This document shows positions 1 through 10,367 of a stretch of 64,000 bases of DNA, piece after piece. Below the pieces are notes generated by a model. It was not told where the DNA came from. It saw nothing but the letters and a program-made list of their open reading frames with translations, and searched no databases. The position numbers and the translations under genes were made by a program. Within the stretch, counting starts at the first letter, position 1. Each line of letters begins with the position of its first letter. The DNA comes from a virus, in the IMG/VR virus record IMGVR_UViG_3300005573_000857, positions 27,894-91,893 of that record; one strand, given 5' to 3'.

Positions 1-1
1 A

Positions 2-2209
2 GTTGTAGAGGGTTACGTTCAAGAGAGGACGGATCTATCTAACTTAAGAGTAAGAGGATCCGAAGTTCTTACTCACTTGATCCAGAAGCAAGTTTTAGCA
101 GCTTTTACTGCATACAGAGAGCAAGTTTTATCTGGAAATAAGAATCCGCAGTTCACTATAAGTCCGACAAAAGTTTTGCATGATTTCGTAAATTCCGATA
201 TTGTGACGCTTATGGAATTTGCGAACCCAGTAGAAGAAATGTCTAGCATAACGAGGACCACACCAATTGGTAGAGGTGTTGGCGGAATAGCTGACAGAGA
301 AGCTATACAGATAGAGGCAAGAAACGTCCATCCATCTTTCTTTGGCAATATAGATCCTCTCGATACTCCTGAAGGACCCAACGTTGGCGTCACACAACAG
401 TTAGCTATCGATGCTACTGTCACATCTGCTAGAGGACTATTTCAAGTTAAGCCAATCGATGACAGAGAAGGTGCAGGAATTCTTTCTACTAGCACTTGCT
501 TAATTCCGTTTGTAGAGAATAACGATGGTGTTAGAATAATGATGGCTGCTAACCAAGCTCGTCAAGCTCAACCTTTAAAAGATCCAGAGCCTCCAATAGT
601 TAGAAGTGGTTTTGAGTCTCTTCTAACTAACGTTTTGTCTGACAACTTTGTAAAGAGATCGCCATGTAATGGGGTGGTCCGAAAAGTAACAAGAGATTCT
701 ATTGTAATTGCTTGTAGAACTGGAAAACAAGTAGTTGACATAACTCCAGTCCACTTACGGTCTGGCTCTGGGAAGAATACTCTTAGTGTTTTTATTCCGA
801 AGGTTGTAGAAGGCCAGTCAGTTAAGCAGGGTTCTATAATAGCGGAAGGGTCTTGTATTTCAGATGGAACTATAGCCTTAGGCAGGACGTTATGTGTCTG
901 CTTAATGCCATACAAGGGTTATAACTTCGAAGACGCAATAGTAATAAACGAAAAGCTAGTGGAAAATGACAAACTAACTTCTCTCCATGGTATAACGATC
1001 GATGTAGATGTTAGCGAAAAAGATAGACTACTATACATAGCTTCTATAGGACAAAGAACTGAAAAGGGACAAATATTGCTAAAAAAGTCTATTGGCGAAG
1101 TAGAAGAACTAATTGGTTATGAGGAAGAGAGAGACGATATTGATGTGGCAGAAGGATACTTTGTCCAGAAAAGTCCGGGTGGTGTTGTAGTAGATATAGA
1201 AGTTTTCTGCAATACAAATCCAGCTAAGTTCCCGGCTTTGCGTGACTTAATTGAAAGAACGAACAAGAAGCATGGAGTATCAAGTGGTAACTACTACACG
1301 AGGGAAGGAAGATTTAAGGGAATAAAAGTTAGATTTAAAGTAGAGCAAGAGCTGAAAATTCAGCTTGGGGACAAGCTTTGCAACCGATACGGAAATAAGG
1401 GAATTATCTCTCTTATTGAAAAAGACGACTTAATGCCAAGAACACCCTGGGGTGAAACAGTAGACGTCATACTAAATCCCATAGGTGTTTTAAGCAGAAT
1501 GAACGTTGGCCAGTTATTTGAGATGTATACTGGCTTAATTTCTAGAGCGTTAGCTTTTAAGTTCTTGGTTTTGTCTAGGACACAAGCAATTGACTTAGCT
1601 CGAAAAGTCCTGCAAGTGTTAGACACATCTAAGAACCAGCAGTTTAGTTCTTCATTTATTAGAGCTCTTAGTAATTTGTCGGAACGAGCATACAAAGAGT
1701 TTCTTGAGAAGTTAAAGAAGAGTACTTTTTTACCGATTGTTATTCCTCCTTTTGCTGCACCAAAGCAAGACAAAATTCGAGCTGCCCTTAGACTGCTGGG
1801 CTTAGAACCAGCGTATCATTTGTACTTGCCAGAATTTGGGACTAAAACTCATTACAAAGTTCCAGTTGGATACATGTACATCTTAAAGTTGGAGCATTTG
1901 GGCGAAATGAAGCTCCATGCTAGGTCAACTGGTCCAACTATTTCGAGAACATTGCAGCCAACTGCTGGTAAGAGGAGAGAAGGAGGACAGAGAGTTGGTG
2001 AAGCCGACACTTATGCCCTTATATCTCAAAACTGCTTAAAAGTTTTAGACGAACTATTTGGTCCTTTAAGCGACGATGTAGTTACTAAAGAAGAGATTAT
2101 TTCAGATATCGTTAGGACTGGATCAGCTAAGTGGAGGCCATCGAAGACGTCTCCAATACGAGAGTTAGTAAACAGCTACTTTATAGCGTTAATGTTAGAG
2201 AGGCAGTAA
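2..2209 (+). CDS. rpoB: DNA-directed RNA polymerase beta subunit, copy 1 (5'-truncated by window edge)
   Basis: Frame is open from base 2. Beta motifs RNVHPSFFGNIDPLDTPEGPNVG, GYNFEDA, GDKLCNRYGNKG, LNPIGVLSRMNVGQ, KLEHL..KLHARSTGP and GGQRVGE are present. Confidence 0.95.
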   Translation, partial: VVEGYVQERTDLSNLRVRGSEVLTHLIQKQVLAAFTAYREQVLSGNKNPQFTISPTKVLHDFVNSDIVTLMEFANPVEEMSSITRTTPIGRGVGGIADREAIQIEARNVHPSFFGNIDPLDTPEGPNVGVTQQLAIDATVTSARGLFQVKPIDDREGAGILSTSTCLIPFVENNDGVRIMMAANQARQAQPLKDPEPPIVRSGFESLLTNVLSDNFVKRSPCNGVVRKVTRDSIVIACRTGKQVVDITPVHLRSGSGKNTLSVFIPKVVEGQSVKQGSIIAEGSCISDGTIALGRTLCVCLMPYKGYNFEDAIVINEKLVENDKLTSLHGITIDVDVSEKDRLLYIASIGQRTEKGQILLKKSIGEVEELIGYEEERDDIDVAEGYFVQKSPGGVVVDIEVFCNTNPAKFPALRDLIERTNKKHGVSSGNYYTREGRFKGIKVRFKVEQELKIQLGDKLCNRYGNKGIISLIEKDDLMPRTPWGETVDVILNPIGVLSRMNVGQLFEMYTGLISRALAFKFLVLSRTQAIDLARKVLQVLDTSKNQQFSSSFIRALSNLSERAYKEFLEKLKKSTFLPIVIPPFAAPKQDKIRAALRLLGLEPAYHLYLPEFGTKTHYKVPVGYMYILKLEHLGEMKLHARSTGPTISRTLQPTAGKRREGGQRVGEADTYALISQNCLKVLDELFGPLSDDVVTKEEIISDIVRTGSAKWRPSKTSPIRELVNSYFIALMLERQ

Positions 2210-2210
2210 A

Positions 2211-2228
2211 CTGCTATATATATTTCTT
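2211..2228 (+). promoter_or_regulatory. Putative phage promoter motif CTGCTATATATATTTCTT
   Basis: Identical 18-mer at 63119-63136, with variants at 44664-44681 and 61671-61683. All copies are intergenic and upstream of + strand genes. Confidence 0.65.
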
Positions 2229-2275
2229 AGTGAAAGAAGTAACCAAGTCTTGTTTTTTTATGGAGGTTAAAGTGT

Positions 2276-2839
2276 GTGACGAAAGTTCTTAGTTCAATGC
2301 AAATCTTAGAGTTCGAAGAGCATGACGATGTAGATATTGCAGAAGAATCTAGTAAAGAGCATATGATGCAAGAAATAATATCTTCGCTTTCTACACCGTT
2401 ATTTGAGTCTACATACAAGTTATTTATGCCAGAAGTACGTAAGCTTGACTTTGCCACTCAGCAACAGTTTTGTTCTTCTATTTTGGAGAGAGTCGGACAA
2501 GTTTATTCTTTTTCACCTATTGACGTTTCTCTAGAGAGCAAAGATGACATAGAAGATGTTTATAAGCTAGTGGAATTTCTTGAATTTGACAACTTGGACT
2601 TCTTTGCTAAACTTTTCAGAAAACTTAGGGCTAACCCACTTTTGGTCGACATACGTGAATTTCTTCAAGAGAAGAAGACAGAAGTAGACTCTTTTATATC
2701 CACATTTAGAAGTGGTTCGAGATTAATTGACCAGTTTCTTATGTCATATCAGTGGGAAAATATGCTGCATTTTTTGTCAGAACGAGCGTTTCGACAGAAG
2801 GTCGAAATAGCGGTTACACTAGAAGGAGGAGAGATATGA
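2276..2839 (+). CDS. Hypothetical protein
   Basis: 187-aa ORF with GGAGG upstream; overlaps the next gene by ATGA. Confidence 0.75.
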   Translation: MTKVLSSMQILEFEEHDDVDIAEESSKEHMMQEIISSLSTPLFESTYKLFMPEVRKLDFATQQQFCSSILERVGQVYSFSPIDVSLESKDDIEDVYKLVEFLEFDNLDFFAKLFRKLRANPLLVDIREFLQEKKTEVDSFISTFRSGSRLIDQFLMSYQWENMLHFLSERAFRQKVEIAVTLEGGEI

Positions 2840-3084
2840 AGATTAGAATTAAGAAAGGAAGTATTGTTTTTGAGGCCCCCAAAGCCGACTTGATGTCAGT
2901 TAATTCTACGTGGGACGGTATCGTTTTTTCGTTTAGGGGTGGTATTGATTTAGTTTATACTAACGCGGATTTTCCTAATACGTCAAAAGACTTGATCGTG
3001 AATAGCTGCAACTCTTTTCAGAAAGCTGAGCTTACAGTAGACCTTGACAACCCATTGCATCCTGTAAAAGCTTCTATTTCGTGA
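2836..3084 (+). CDS. Hypothetical protein (start moved to MKIRIKKG)
   Basis: AGGAGG directly upstream of ATG 2836; coupled to the previous stop. Confidence 0.75.
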   Translation: MKIRIKKGSIVFEAPKADLMSVNSTWDGIVFSFRGGIDLVYTNADFPNTSKDLIVNSCNSFQKAELTVDLDNPLHPVKASIS

Positions 3085-3159
3085 CAGAAAAAAAGCACCA
3101 AAAAAAGTTAGTAATGCATATTTTACGTTGAAAAAAAATAAGAAGGAGGAAGATAGAAT

Positions 3160-4035
3160 ATGTTTGAAGAATTTAAAGGCTTAACAGGTTTTGCTGCAAG
3201 AGAAATCGAAAAACCAGAAGAAGCATTCTTCCATAGTGTTTATATTAGTGGAATGCCCAGACAGAATCATCTTGGAATTGTAGAACAGCCTGGCAAACTT
3301 CAGATTCGAGGAGTTGAGTACAATTTAGATAGAGTTTCTCTAATTATAACGAATGTAAAAAATGTCCTAGTGAAGATGAAGACAGTTGGTGATAGAGAAG
3401 TGTTGGATTGCTTCTCATATCAAGAGGGGCCACCTCCTTGGAAGGGCACATCTGGAAGAGTGTGTGGAAAAAATTCGGCGGAGCGTGCAGCAGTCGAGTT
3501 TTGCTCTGCATGCAGAAGCCACTTAATCGTAGCTGGCCTTTATACTGACGCAAACGGTGTTATTATAAGAGACCGTGAGACTGACAAACCGTTCTTTATT
3601 TTCATTAGAGCTAGGGGTTCTAAGTACGGCAAAGTTGCGGACTATTTGTCCGAACTAAGCAGGTTAGACTTGCCTCCAATTTTCGAGCCAGTGACTGAAG
3701 AATCTCGAGAATTCGAGAAACGAGTAGCTAATTTGTCTCGTTTCGTTACTAATGTAACTGTCGGTAAAGTGACTTTACAACGAGGAATCCATTCGGCTTT
3801 TGACTTATCGAGAGGCACTGAACTTCCAAAAGCAGCAGTTATAGAAGTTCTTAAAATAGCTAAGAAAATTCTGCCAAAGTTTAAAGAAAAGTTCGATTGG
3901 TCTTTGACGAAAGCTACTTCTGACTATAGCCAACTTGACGAAAGCCATAAGTTTGAAGAAAAAGCTGAGAAAGAGGTGAAGCCGGAGGAGAAGAAAGCTT
4001 CCTTTGAAGATATAATAAAAGGAATTGACTTCTAG
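3160..4035 (+). CDS. Hypothetical protein, possible ssDNA-binding protein
   Basis: Strong RBS; Cys cluster (C..C..CSAC); charged tail ending in an aromatic residue (..SFEDIIKGIDF); replication-gene context. Function is inferred. Confidence 0.5.
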   Translation: MFEEFKGLTGFAAREIEKPEEAFFHSVYISGMPRQNHLGIVEQPGKLQIRGVEYNLDRVSLIITNVKNVLVKMKTVGDREVLDCFSYQEGPPPWKGTSGRVCGKNSAERAAVEFCSACRSHLIVAGLYTDANGVIIRDRETDKPFFIFIRARGSKYGKVADYLSELSRLDLPPIFEPVTEESREFEKRVANLSRFVTNVTVGKVTLQRGIHSAFDLSRGTELPKAAVIEVLKIAKKILPKFKEKFDWSLTKATSDYSQLDESHKFEEKAEKEVKPEEKKASFEDIIKGIDF

Positions 4036-4049
4036 AAAAAGGAGGCTAA

Positions 4050-5273
4050 ATGAAAGAGGAAAGGGAAAAGAAGTACTACGAGCGATTAGACATCCCAATT
4101 CTGTCCATCGATAGAATAAAGAAGCTCATAAAGGACGTGATATTAGAGACACTGGAGTGTTGGAAGCAAGGAAGGGAAGTCCAGAAAACAACTTTTCACA
4201 TTATAGGACCAGCTGGCGTTGGCAAGACTGACATATGTCGACCACACCAACTTCCGGCAGAACTTAGAAAAGAGACTGGCCAAGATTGGCAGTCTCTTAT
4301 TATTAAATGTCCAGTCTTGTCAAGAGACGACTTCTTGATTCCTTTTCCAGTAAAGGATAATGGTGAAACGAAGTTCAAGATGCTGTACTCAGACTTCGTT
4401 CCACTTGACGAGAAGTCGTTCGGGTTGTTTGTTATCGACGAGTTTGGAAGAGGAGACCATAATCTACAGCAACTTATGTGGCAAGTCCAGAACGAATGCA
4501 AGATCCATTTAAAGGACTTACCGCGGGGTTGGTTCGTTATAGCATGCGACAATCCAGCAGACAGAGAGTACTCAATGGACTTTCTTGAAGATGCTGCTGG
4601 TCTCCGGAGGATGTTGCATGTTTATGTAGAAGTGTCAGCCCCAGCATTCTTAGAGTATGCAAAACAAAGAGATTTTCATCCTTTGGTAATCCAGTATATC
4701 CAAGCACATCCGGACCACCTGTACGATTTCGCTGCACAAAGAGCTGGAGCAGTATACGCTAACCCAGCTAGCTGGGAACGAGTTTCGGACATACTGTGGA
4801 TGTTTGACCGAAGGGGAATAGTTAGTAACCTCTTCGACATTTCGAATCTGTTGTCTGGCTATCTTAATGTTTCGATGACTAGGCAGTTTATTGACTTCGT
4901 TAAAAAGGGTGAAGATATTCTTCCGAAAGATATTTTCATGAACTATGGAAAGGTTCGTAAGAGAGTCTTGAACCTAGTGCAATCGAAGGACAATGCTGCT
5001 CTTGGTAATGTTATGAGAGCATTCTTAACTTACTTGAGTAGCGAGAGGCCGGACTTCAAGACAAAAGAGAAGAACATTTCCCAATTCGTAACAGACGTTC
5101 CAGCAGATACCGCCGCCCTTATTGTGACCTTTGCCGATAGCTTACCAAAAGACTCGGAAGCGTTCAAGTATTTGAATGCGCTAAATGCGTACATGTGTAA
5201 GAGAGATGAGAATTACAGAAAGAACTTTTACCAAACTATGGTAGACTACGGCAAAGCAGCAAGTGGAGTATAG
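4050..5273 (+). CDS. MoxR-like AAA+ ATPase
   Basis: Walker A GPAGVGKT, Walker B LFVIDEFGR, NPASWERVS; adjacent to a vWA gene. Confidence 0.85.
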   Translation: MKEEREKKYYERLDIPILSIDRIKKLIKDVILETLECWKQGREVQKTTFHIIGPAGVGKTDICRPHQLPAELRKETGQDWQSLIIKCPVLSRDDFLIPFPVKDNGETKFKMLYSDFVPLDEKSFGLFVIDEFGRGDHNLQQLMWQVQNECKIHLKDLPRGWFVIACDNPADREYSMDFLEDAAGLRRMLHVYVEVSAPAFLEYAKQRDFHPLVIQYIQAHPDHLYDFAAQRAGAVYANPASWERVSDILWMFDRRGIVSNLFDISNLLSGYLNVSMTRQFIDFVKKGEDILPKDIFMNYGKVRKRVLNLVQSKDNAALGNVMRAFLTYLSSERPDFKTKEKNISQFVTDVPADTAALIVTFADSLPKDSEAFKYLNALNAYMCKRDENYRKNFYQTMVDYGKAASGV

Positions 5274-5275
5274 GT

Positions 5276-6547
5276 ATGCTAGATGAAAAGTTGAGAGAAT
5301 GCATCGTAAAATTAATGTTTAGCAAGGACAACTCATTTTGGGGCTACATCTTTTCTAGAGTGTCACGAGTTCCAGACTCTAATTTGCCGACTGTAATGGG
5401 TGTGACAACGGTTGATTGTGAGTCATTCCAACTCATGTACAATCCGGAGCTTCTTCGTGACGCGGAAGACAACCAGATTATGCTTGTTCTCCAGCATGAG
5501 GGTGTGCATCTGCTAAACATGCATCTTCCTCGTTTGCTTCGAATCTTCGGCAAAGAAACGAACTTAGCTAAAGAGAAGCAGAATATAGCATCTGATTGGA
5601 ACATAGCTTGCGATATTTCAGCAAACGAGCTCATCGGACTGGAGCAACCATTTAAGTTTGGGCACTGCGAGATACGTCCACTAACTGCTAGTATGTTTGG
5701 TCTTCCAGAAGGAAAGACAGCGGAGTGGTACTACGAGTATATCCGCAAGAACGGAAAAAAAGTGAGTGCAGTAATGTCCTCAAGTGGTTCTGCTTCTAGG
5801 CTTGACGACCACTCTGGTTGGTGGAAGTGTACTGAAAAAGTCCCAGATGTACTAGCTGCTTCCAGGAAGCTAGAATCGTTTTCCAAACAGCTGATTGCTG
5901 AAGCAGCGAATGAGTGTAGAGGCAACTTACCGATGGGTATAAAAGAAATTATAGACGAATTGTTGTCTGTGGGGGAACTTCAATATTACGAGCTAATTCG
6001 AAAACTTGTAAAAGGGAGTCTTCTGACAAAATGGCAGAAGTGCCTCACACGGATAAATCGGAAGCGAGTCTATACGTTCGTTACAAGTAAGGAAGACTTT
6101 ATACCAGAAATTCCTCCCTTCCCTGGCAGGAAGAGAGATTTTAGCTATTATATAGGCTTGCTTCTAGATACGTCAGGGAGTATGAGTGCATCGGATATTC
6201 GCAGAGGGTTGTCTAGTATTAGAGACATTCTGGAGAACGACAGATCGTGCAAGATCACCGTTATCGAAGTTGACGCTCAAGTGCAGAAAGTCTATGACGT
6301 AAAGAAGATAGCCGACATTCAGTACGATGTAAGAGGGCGGGGTGGAACGTACCTTAGCCCAGCCCTGTGGAAGTTCAAAGAGCTGGGTGTAGATGTAGTC
6401 TTGGCGTTTACTGATGGTTATTGCGAAGACTTAAGTAACACTCCAAGAAGTGTTCTGCCGAAAAAAATTATATGGATTATCAGTAGTAACGGAAGCTGCA
6501 GAGAGATAAGTAATACAGGATTTATCTTGAGGTTGCCAGATAAGTGA
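5276..6547 (+). CDS. Metallopeptidase-vWA domain protein (DUF2201-like)
   Basis: HEGVH (HExxH) and WNIACD in the N-terminal domain; MIDAS DTSGSMS, GRGGT and FTDGY in the C-terminal domain. Confidence 0.85.
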   Translation: MLDEKLRECIVKLMFSKDNSFWGYIFSRVSRVPDSNLPTVMGVTTVDCESFQLMYNPELLRDAEDNQIMLVLQHEGVHLLNMHLPRLLRIFGKETNLAKEKQNIASDWNIACDISANELIGLEQPFKFGHCEIRPLTASMFGLPEGKTAEWYYEYIRKNGKKVSAVMSSSGSASRLDDHSGWWKCTEKVPDVLAASRKLESFSKQLIAEAANECRGNLPMGIKEIIDELLSVGELQYYELIRKLVKGSLLTKWQKCLTRINRKRVYTFVTSKEDFIPEIPPFPGRKRDFSYYIGLLLDTSGSMSASDIRRGLSSIRDILENDRSCKITVIEVDAQVQKVYDVKKIADIQYDVRGRGGTYLSPALWKFKELGVDVVLAFTDGYCEDLSNTPRSVLPKKIIWIISSNGSCREISNTGFILRLPDK

Positions 6548-6552
6548 CATAG

Positions 6553-6604
6553 AGAGAAGACTAACCACTCTAAGAGCGGTGATTAGTCTTCTCTTTCTTT
6601 TTTC
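6553..6604 (+). terminator. Rho-independent terminator
   Basis: AGAGAAGACTAA..TTAGTCTTCTCT inverted repeat followed by a T-rich tract. Confidence 0.7.
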
Positions 6605-6618
6605 GGAAAAGGGGGACC

Positions 6619-8415
6619 ATGAAAAAGTACGACGAGAAGGCTATAAAAGTTCTCGATCCAATATCTCACATTCGTCTAAATGCTGGAATGTATATTGGGG
6701 AGACTTCTAATCCAGTTCATTTAATTGAAGAGGCGCTAGATAATAGTTTAGACGAATGTCTAGCTGGCTATGCTAAGAAAGTAGCTGTCAATATTGATAC
6801 GAAAGAAAATGTATATACAGTAATGGACGATGGGAGAGGAATTCCAATCCATAACAATGTTCCGGAAATTGTATCTACAGAACTTTTTTCCGGAGCTAAG
6901 TTTAAAGATTCTAAAGATGCATATACGATATGTTCGGGTTTGCATGGAGTTGGCTTAGTAGCGATTAACGCTCTAAGTGAACAATATACTGTAGAAATTT
7001 ATAGAGACCAAAAACATGCTATCTTCGAATTTGAGAATTCTAAACTAAAAAACAGAAAGATTGAAGACTATAATGGAAGACAACCTTTTTCTACTAAAAT
7101 TGCTTTCAAGCCAGACAGAACGATCTTTGAAAAGCTCATGCCAGATGTGGACCGAATTCGAAGACGGCTACTCGTAGCTTCTGTTGAGTTGAGTGAAGTT
7201 ACTTTCGTACTAGCAGTAGACAATAAAAAAGAAGTTATAAAGCTTTCTCTCGAAGACTTCTTTAAGAATTATTGTATGTCTGAGAACGACCAGCTTATAG
7301 TTCCACTTGTTTCTTTGTCCGCTAAAAAGGGAATTGAAAGTCTAAGAGTTTCTTTTTCCTACTCTAGTACTGGTCCATCCCCAAAGATTCTCTCTTCTGT
7401 AAACTTGCTACCAGTAGAAGGAGGCGGAACTCATGTAACTTGCTTCTTAGACGTCTTGAAGACAGCTTTTTCTTCGAGAGGCAAGAAACTTAACCTGAAG
7501 TTCCAGCCGAATGACTGTGTAGCTGGACTAAGGTGTTATATAAGTTTAGAGTTAGAGAAACCTGAGTTCGTTGGGCAAACGAAAGACCGGCTAGTTAATA
7601 GTCCGACCCATTTAGAAGACCTTTTTAAGAAGATTTCTCAAGAGCTAGAAAACTACCTTTCCGAACACCAAGATCAAGTTGAAGCTTTGCTAAATTTCTT
7701 CGAGGACTATAGGTCACGGCTGGATCTAAGGAAGCTCAAGATTAGTGGTAGGACGACGTCAAGAGCTGCTACTAAATTGACGAAGTTAAGAGACTGTTCT
7801 TCAAGAAACGGAGAACTCTTTATTGTAGAAGGAGATTCCGCCGAGAGTACTTTACTCCAGTGTAGAGATCCGAAAAGACACGCGATTTTGCCTCTTAGAG
7901 GCAAGATAGCTTCTGCAGTAAACGTGAAAGACATTTTGGAAAACACTGAAGTTAAAGAGATAATTACTGCTTTGGGAATCGGTGTTTACCCTAATATAAA
8001 CATGTCTAATTTGCGTTACGATAAAGTCATTATTATGACTGACGCTGACCCTGACGGAGGACATATCGCGTGTTTGGTTATAATGAATCTGGCAATACTA
8101 GTCCCAGACTTAGTGAAGGCTGGCAAAGTTTATGTTTGTCAGACTCCACTTTATGCGATAAGTGACCCGAAAAAGAAGATTTTCATTCCGCTTTGGAGTG
8201 AGGAAGAACTGAAGAAAGCTGTTCAAGAAGGGAAACCAATTTTAAGGGCTAAGGGACTTGGTGAATTAAATCCTGACCAGCTCGAAGAGTGTGCAATTGG
8301 TCCGAGGAGAAGACTTATAAAAGTTTCTTACACGAAAGATATCAACAAGCTAATTAAGCTCTTTTCCACTGCTATTGCTAAACGGGAGCTACTGGAAGGC
8401 AAGTTCGACATCTAG
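6619..8415 (+). CDS. gyrB: Type IIA topoisomerase, GyrB/ParE-like subunit
   Basis: GMYIG, EALDNSLDE, DDGRGIP, GLHGVG (GHKL ATPase); IVEGDSA, PLRGK, IMTDADPDG (TOPRIM); KGLGE. Confidence 0.95.
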   Translation: MKKYDEKAIKVLDPISHIRLNAGMYIGETSNPVHLIEEALDNSLDECLAGYAKKVAVNIDTKENVYTVMDDGRGIPIHNNVPEIVSTELFSGAKFKDSKDAYTICSGLHGVGLVAINALSEQYTVEIYRDQKHAIFEFENSKLKNRKIEDYNGRQPFSTKIAFKPDRTIFEKLMPDVDRIRRRLLVASVELSEVTFVLAVDNKKEVIKLSLEDFFKNYCMSENDQLIVPLVSLSAKKGIESLRVSFSYSSTGPSPKILSSVNLLPVEGGGTHVTCFLDVLKTAFSSRGKKLNLKFQPNDCVAGLRCYISLELEKPEFVGQTKDRLVNSPTHLEDLFKKISQELENYLSEHQDQVEALLNFFEDYRSRLDLRKLKISGRTTSRAATKLTKLRDCSSRNGELFIVEGDSAESTLLQCRDPKRHAILPLRGKIASAVNVKDILENTEVKEIITALGIGVYPNINMSNLRYDKVIIMTDADPDGGHIACLVIMNLAILVPDLVKAGKVYVCQTPLYAISDPKKKIFIPLWSEEELKKAVQEGKPILRAKGLGELNPDQLEECAIGPRRRLIKVSYTKDINKLIKLFSTAIAKRELLEGKFDI

Positions 8416-8425
8416 AAAGGAGCGA

Positions 8426-9754
8426 ATGGTGGATAAAATAATTAAGGAACTTTACTCCAACTACGGAGACCATGTAAATAAGTATAGAATGTTTCCACTT
8501 AGCTTAGATGGATTAAGGCCGGTGGAACGTAGGGTGTTGCTTGTAGCTTACCAAGTCGCTAGAGAAAAGTTCCAAAAAGCTACAAAAGTTGACGGAACTA
8601 CTCTAGCGAACTACCATCCACATGGTTCAGTTTTTGGAACTATGTGTAGACTAGTTCACAATGGTTTTCTAGACTCCCAGGGTTCCTGGGGGTCGAACGT
8701 TGGTATTAGCCCAGCACCTCCGGCAGCTCCAAGGTATGTAGAGTGTAAGCTTTCCCAGTTAACGCAAAAGTTGTGCTTTACTTTAATAGACCACGTACCT
8801 TGGGTAGAAGCAGAAGCGGACAAAAGTTTGCAAGAACCAGTTTTTCTACCTGCTATGTTTCCTCTCTGCTTGCTAGGTAACGAGCCTGTACAAGGAATAG
8901 GCTTTGGCTATAGAACATTCATTCCTTGCTATAGGCTTCGTGATCTTTACGATCGATTAATGTATCTACTTGGTGAGAAAAAAGAAAAGCCAGTTATAAA
9001 ACCAGTTAGTGACTGTAAAGTTGTAGCTCCAACTAGTGAGTTAGAAAAGCTCTTGACTACTGGCAAAGCTACTATAGAACTGGAAGGAAAAATCGAAGTA
9101 GACAACGCCCACCATAAAGTGGTCTTAAGATCTTGGCCAAATAAGTCGTTCGAAAGTCTCATCTCTAAATTTAGGACAGAAATCAACGCCCAAGAAATCG
9201 GTTGGATTGACCTCTCTACAGACGAGACAAAAATCGTATTTGAAGTTCTAAAGCAGAGGAATAGGGAGTCTACTTTCAAGAGCTTCGTGGAGAAGCTTAA
9301 GAAAGCAATCCAAGGGCGTATTTCTTACGAAGTAATAGTAGTCGATTTTGCTAGTAACAAGCTTGTTGAAGTTGGAGTTGACGACCTTCTTTTAGCAAGT
9401 TTTACTAACTATAGCGAAATAACTAAGGTGATGCTTGAAGCACAGAAAAAGAAAGTGCAGAGCATGATTACTGAATACAAAATGTTGCAAGAGATTCGAC
9501 CCCACCTGCATAAGTACTTGAATATAACTGATGTAGATACAGTGGCTTCTAAACTTTCTCAAGACACTAGTATTCCAGTTGAGACAGTAAAGGACATGCT
9601 TTCTAGATACCGGATATCTCGCCTGTTTTCAGTTTCTCTCGATATAAAAGAACTTGACGAGAGGCTGGCCGAAATTGACAACTCCCTTTCTAACCTTAAA
9701 CAGTATGTACTGAAAGAGTACAAAGAACTTGCAGAGTTTTCTGCTACTTTGTGA
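8426..9754 (+). CDS. gyrA: Type IIA topoisomerase, GyrA/ParC-like subunit without C-terminal beta-pinwheel
   Basis: DGLRPVERR, YHPHG and catalytic AAPRY; AAGGAG RBS before ATG 8426; only ~442 aa. Confidence 0.9.
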   Translation: MVDKIIKELYSNYGDHVNKYRMFPLSLDGLRPVERRVLLVAYQVAREKFQKATKVDGTTLANYHPHGSVFGTMCRLVHNGFLDSQGSWGSNVGISPAPPAAPRYVECKLSQLTQKLCFTLIDHVPWVEAEADKSLQEPVFLPAMFPLCLLGNEPVQGIGFGYRTFIPCYRLRDLYDRLMYLLGEKKEKPVIKPVSDCKVVAPTSELEKLLTTGKATIELEGKIEVDNAHHKVVLRSWPNKSFESLISKFRTEINAQEIGWIDLSTDETKIVFEVLKQRNRESTFKSFVEKLKKAIQGRISYEVIVVDFASNKLVEVGVDDLLLASFTNYSEITKVMLEAQKKKVQSMITEYKMLQEIRPHLHKYLNITDVDTVASKLSQDTSIPVETVKDMLSRYRISRLFSVSLDIKELDERLAEIDNSLSNLKQYVLKEYKELAEFSATL

Positions 9755-10074
9755 GAAAAATGAAGAAAGACGCAAAGCACGCAGTAAAGAAGTTCGGTCC
9801 TGGATATGTTGTATGCCCAAAGTGCAATGGAAATGGAGAAGTAGTAGAAGAAGCTTACTTTCCTAATAATGTTATAGCCGAACACTCAGAAACTTCGAGA
9901 CAAGAAAGGATGCGAACTTTAGAATGTAGAGAATACACAATGCACTTTGACATAAGAGAGAACCTTAAGTTTCCGATTCTTCGTATTTGTCAGGTGTGCT
10001 CCGGTAGAGGAAGCATATCTTTGTTTGAGTGCATAAAGATGGGTTTCGACCCGTTTCAGGCAAAGAACAGTTAG
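9751..10074 (+). CDS. DnaJ-type zinc-finger protein
   Basis: Two CxxCxGxG repeats (CPKCNGNG, CQVCSGRG). Confidence 0.65.
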   Translation: MRKMKKDAKHAVKKFGPGYVVCPKCNGNGEVVEEAYFPNNVIAEHSETSRQERMRTLECREYTMHFDIRENLKFPILRICQVCSGRGSISLFECIKMGFDPFQAKNS

Positions 10075-10152
10075 AAAAGAATGGATGGTAAAAAACCGAC
10101 CTGACTTGGATGATCGTTGCAAGGTTGCTAGAAAAACTTCATGAGGTGCAAC

Positions 10153-10356
10153 ATGGATGCTTTTTTGACAGCATTAGAAATAGTCGTATTAACTGCAATG
10201 GCATTACCGCTTGCGTACATCGGTGTAAGAATACTAATAGCTGGTTTATTCGACAACGAATACGATTGGATAGATGCAATTTTTGGCTTGACATTAACAG
10301 CAGTAAGCAGCCTGGGAGGCGGTGTTCTATTGATGCTATTGTCTAAAGGATGGTAA
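10153..10356 (+). CDS. Small two-TM membrane protein, paralog 1
   Basis: GAGGTG RBS; hydrophobic; close paralog of the next ORF. Confidence 0.7.
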   Translation: MDAFLTALEIVVLTAMALPLAYIGVRILIAGLFDNEYDWIDAIFGLTLTAVSSLGGGVLLMLLSKGW

Positions 10357-10367
10357 AGAGGTGCAAC

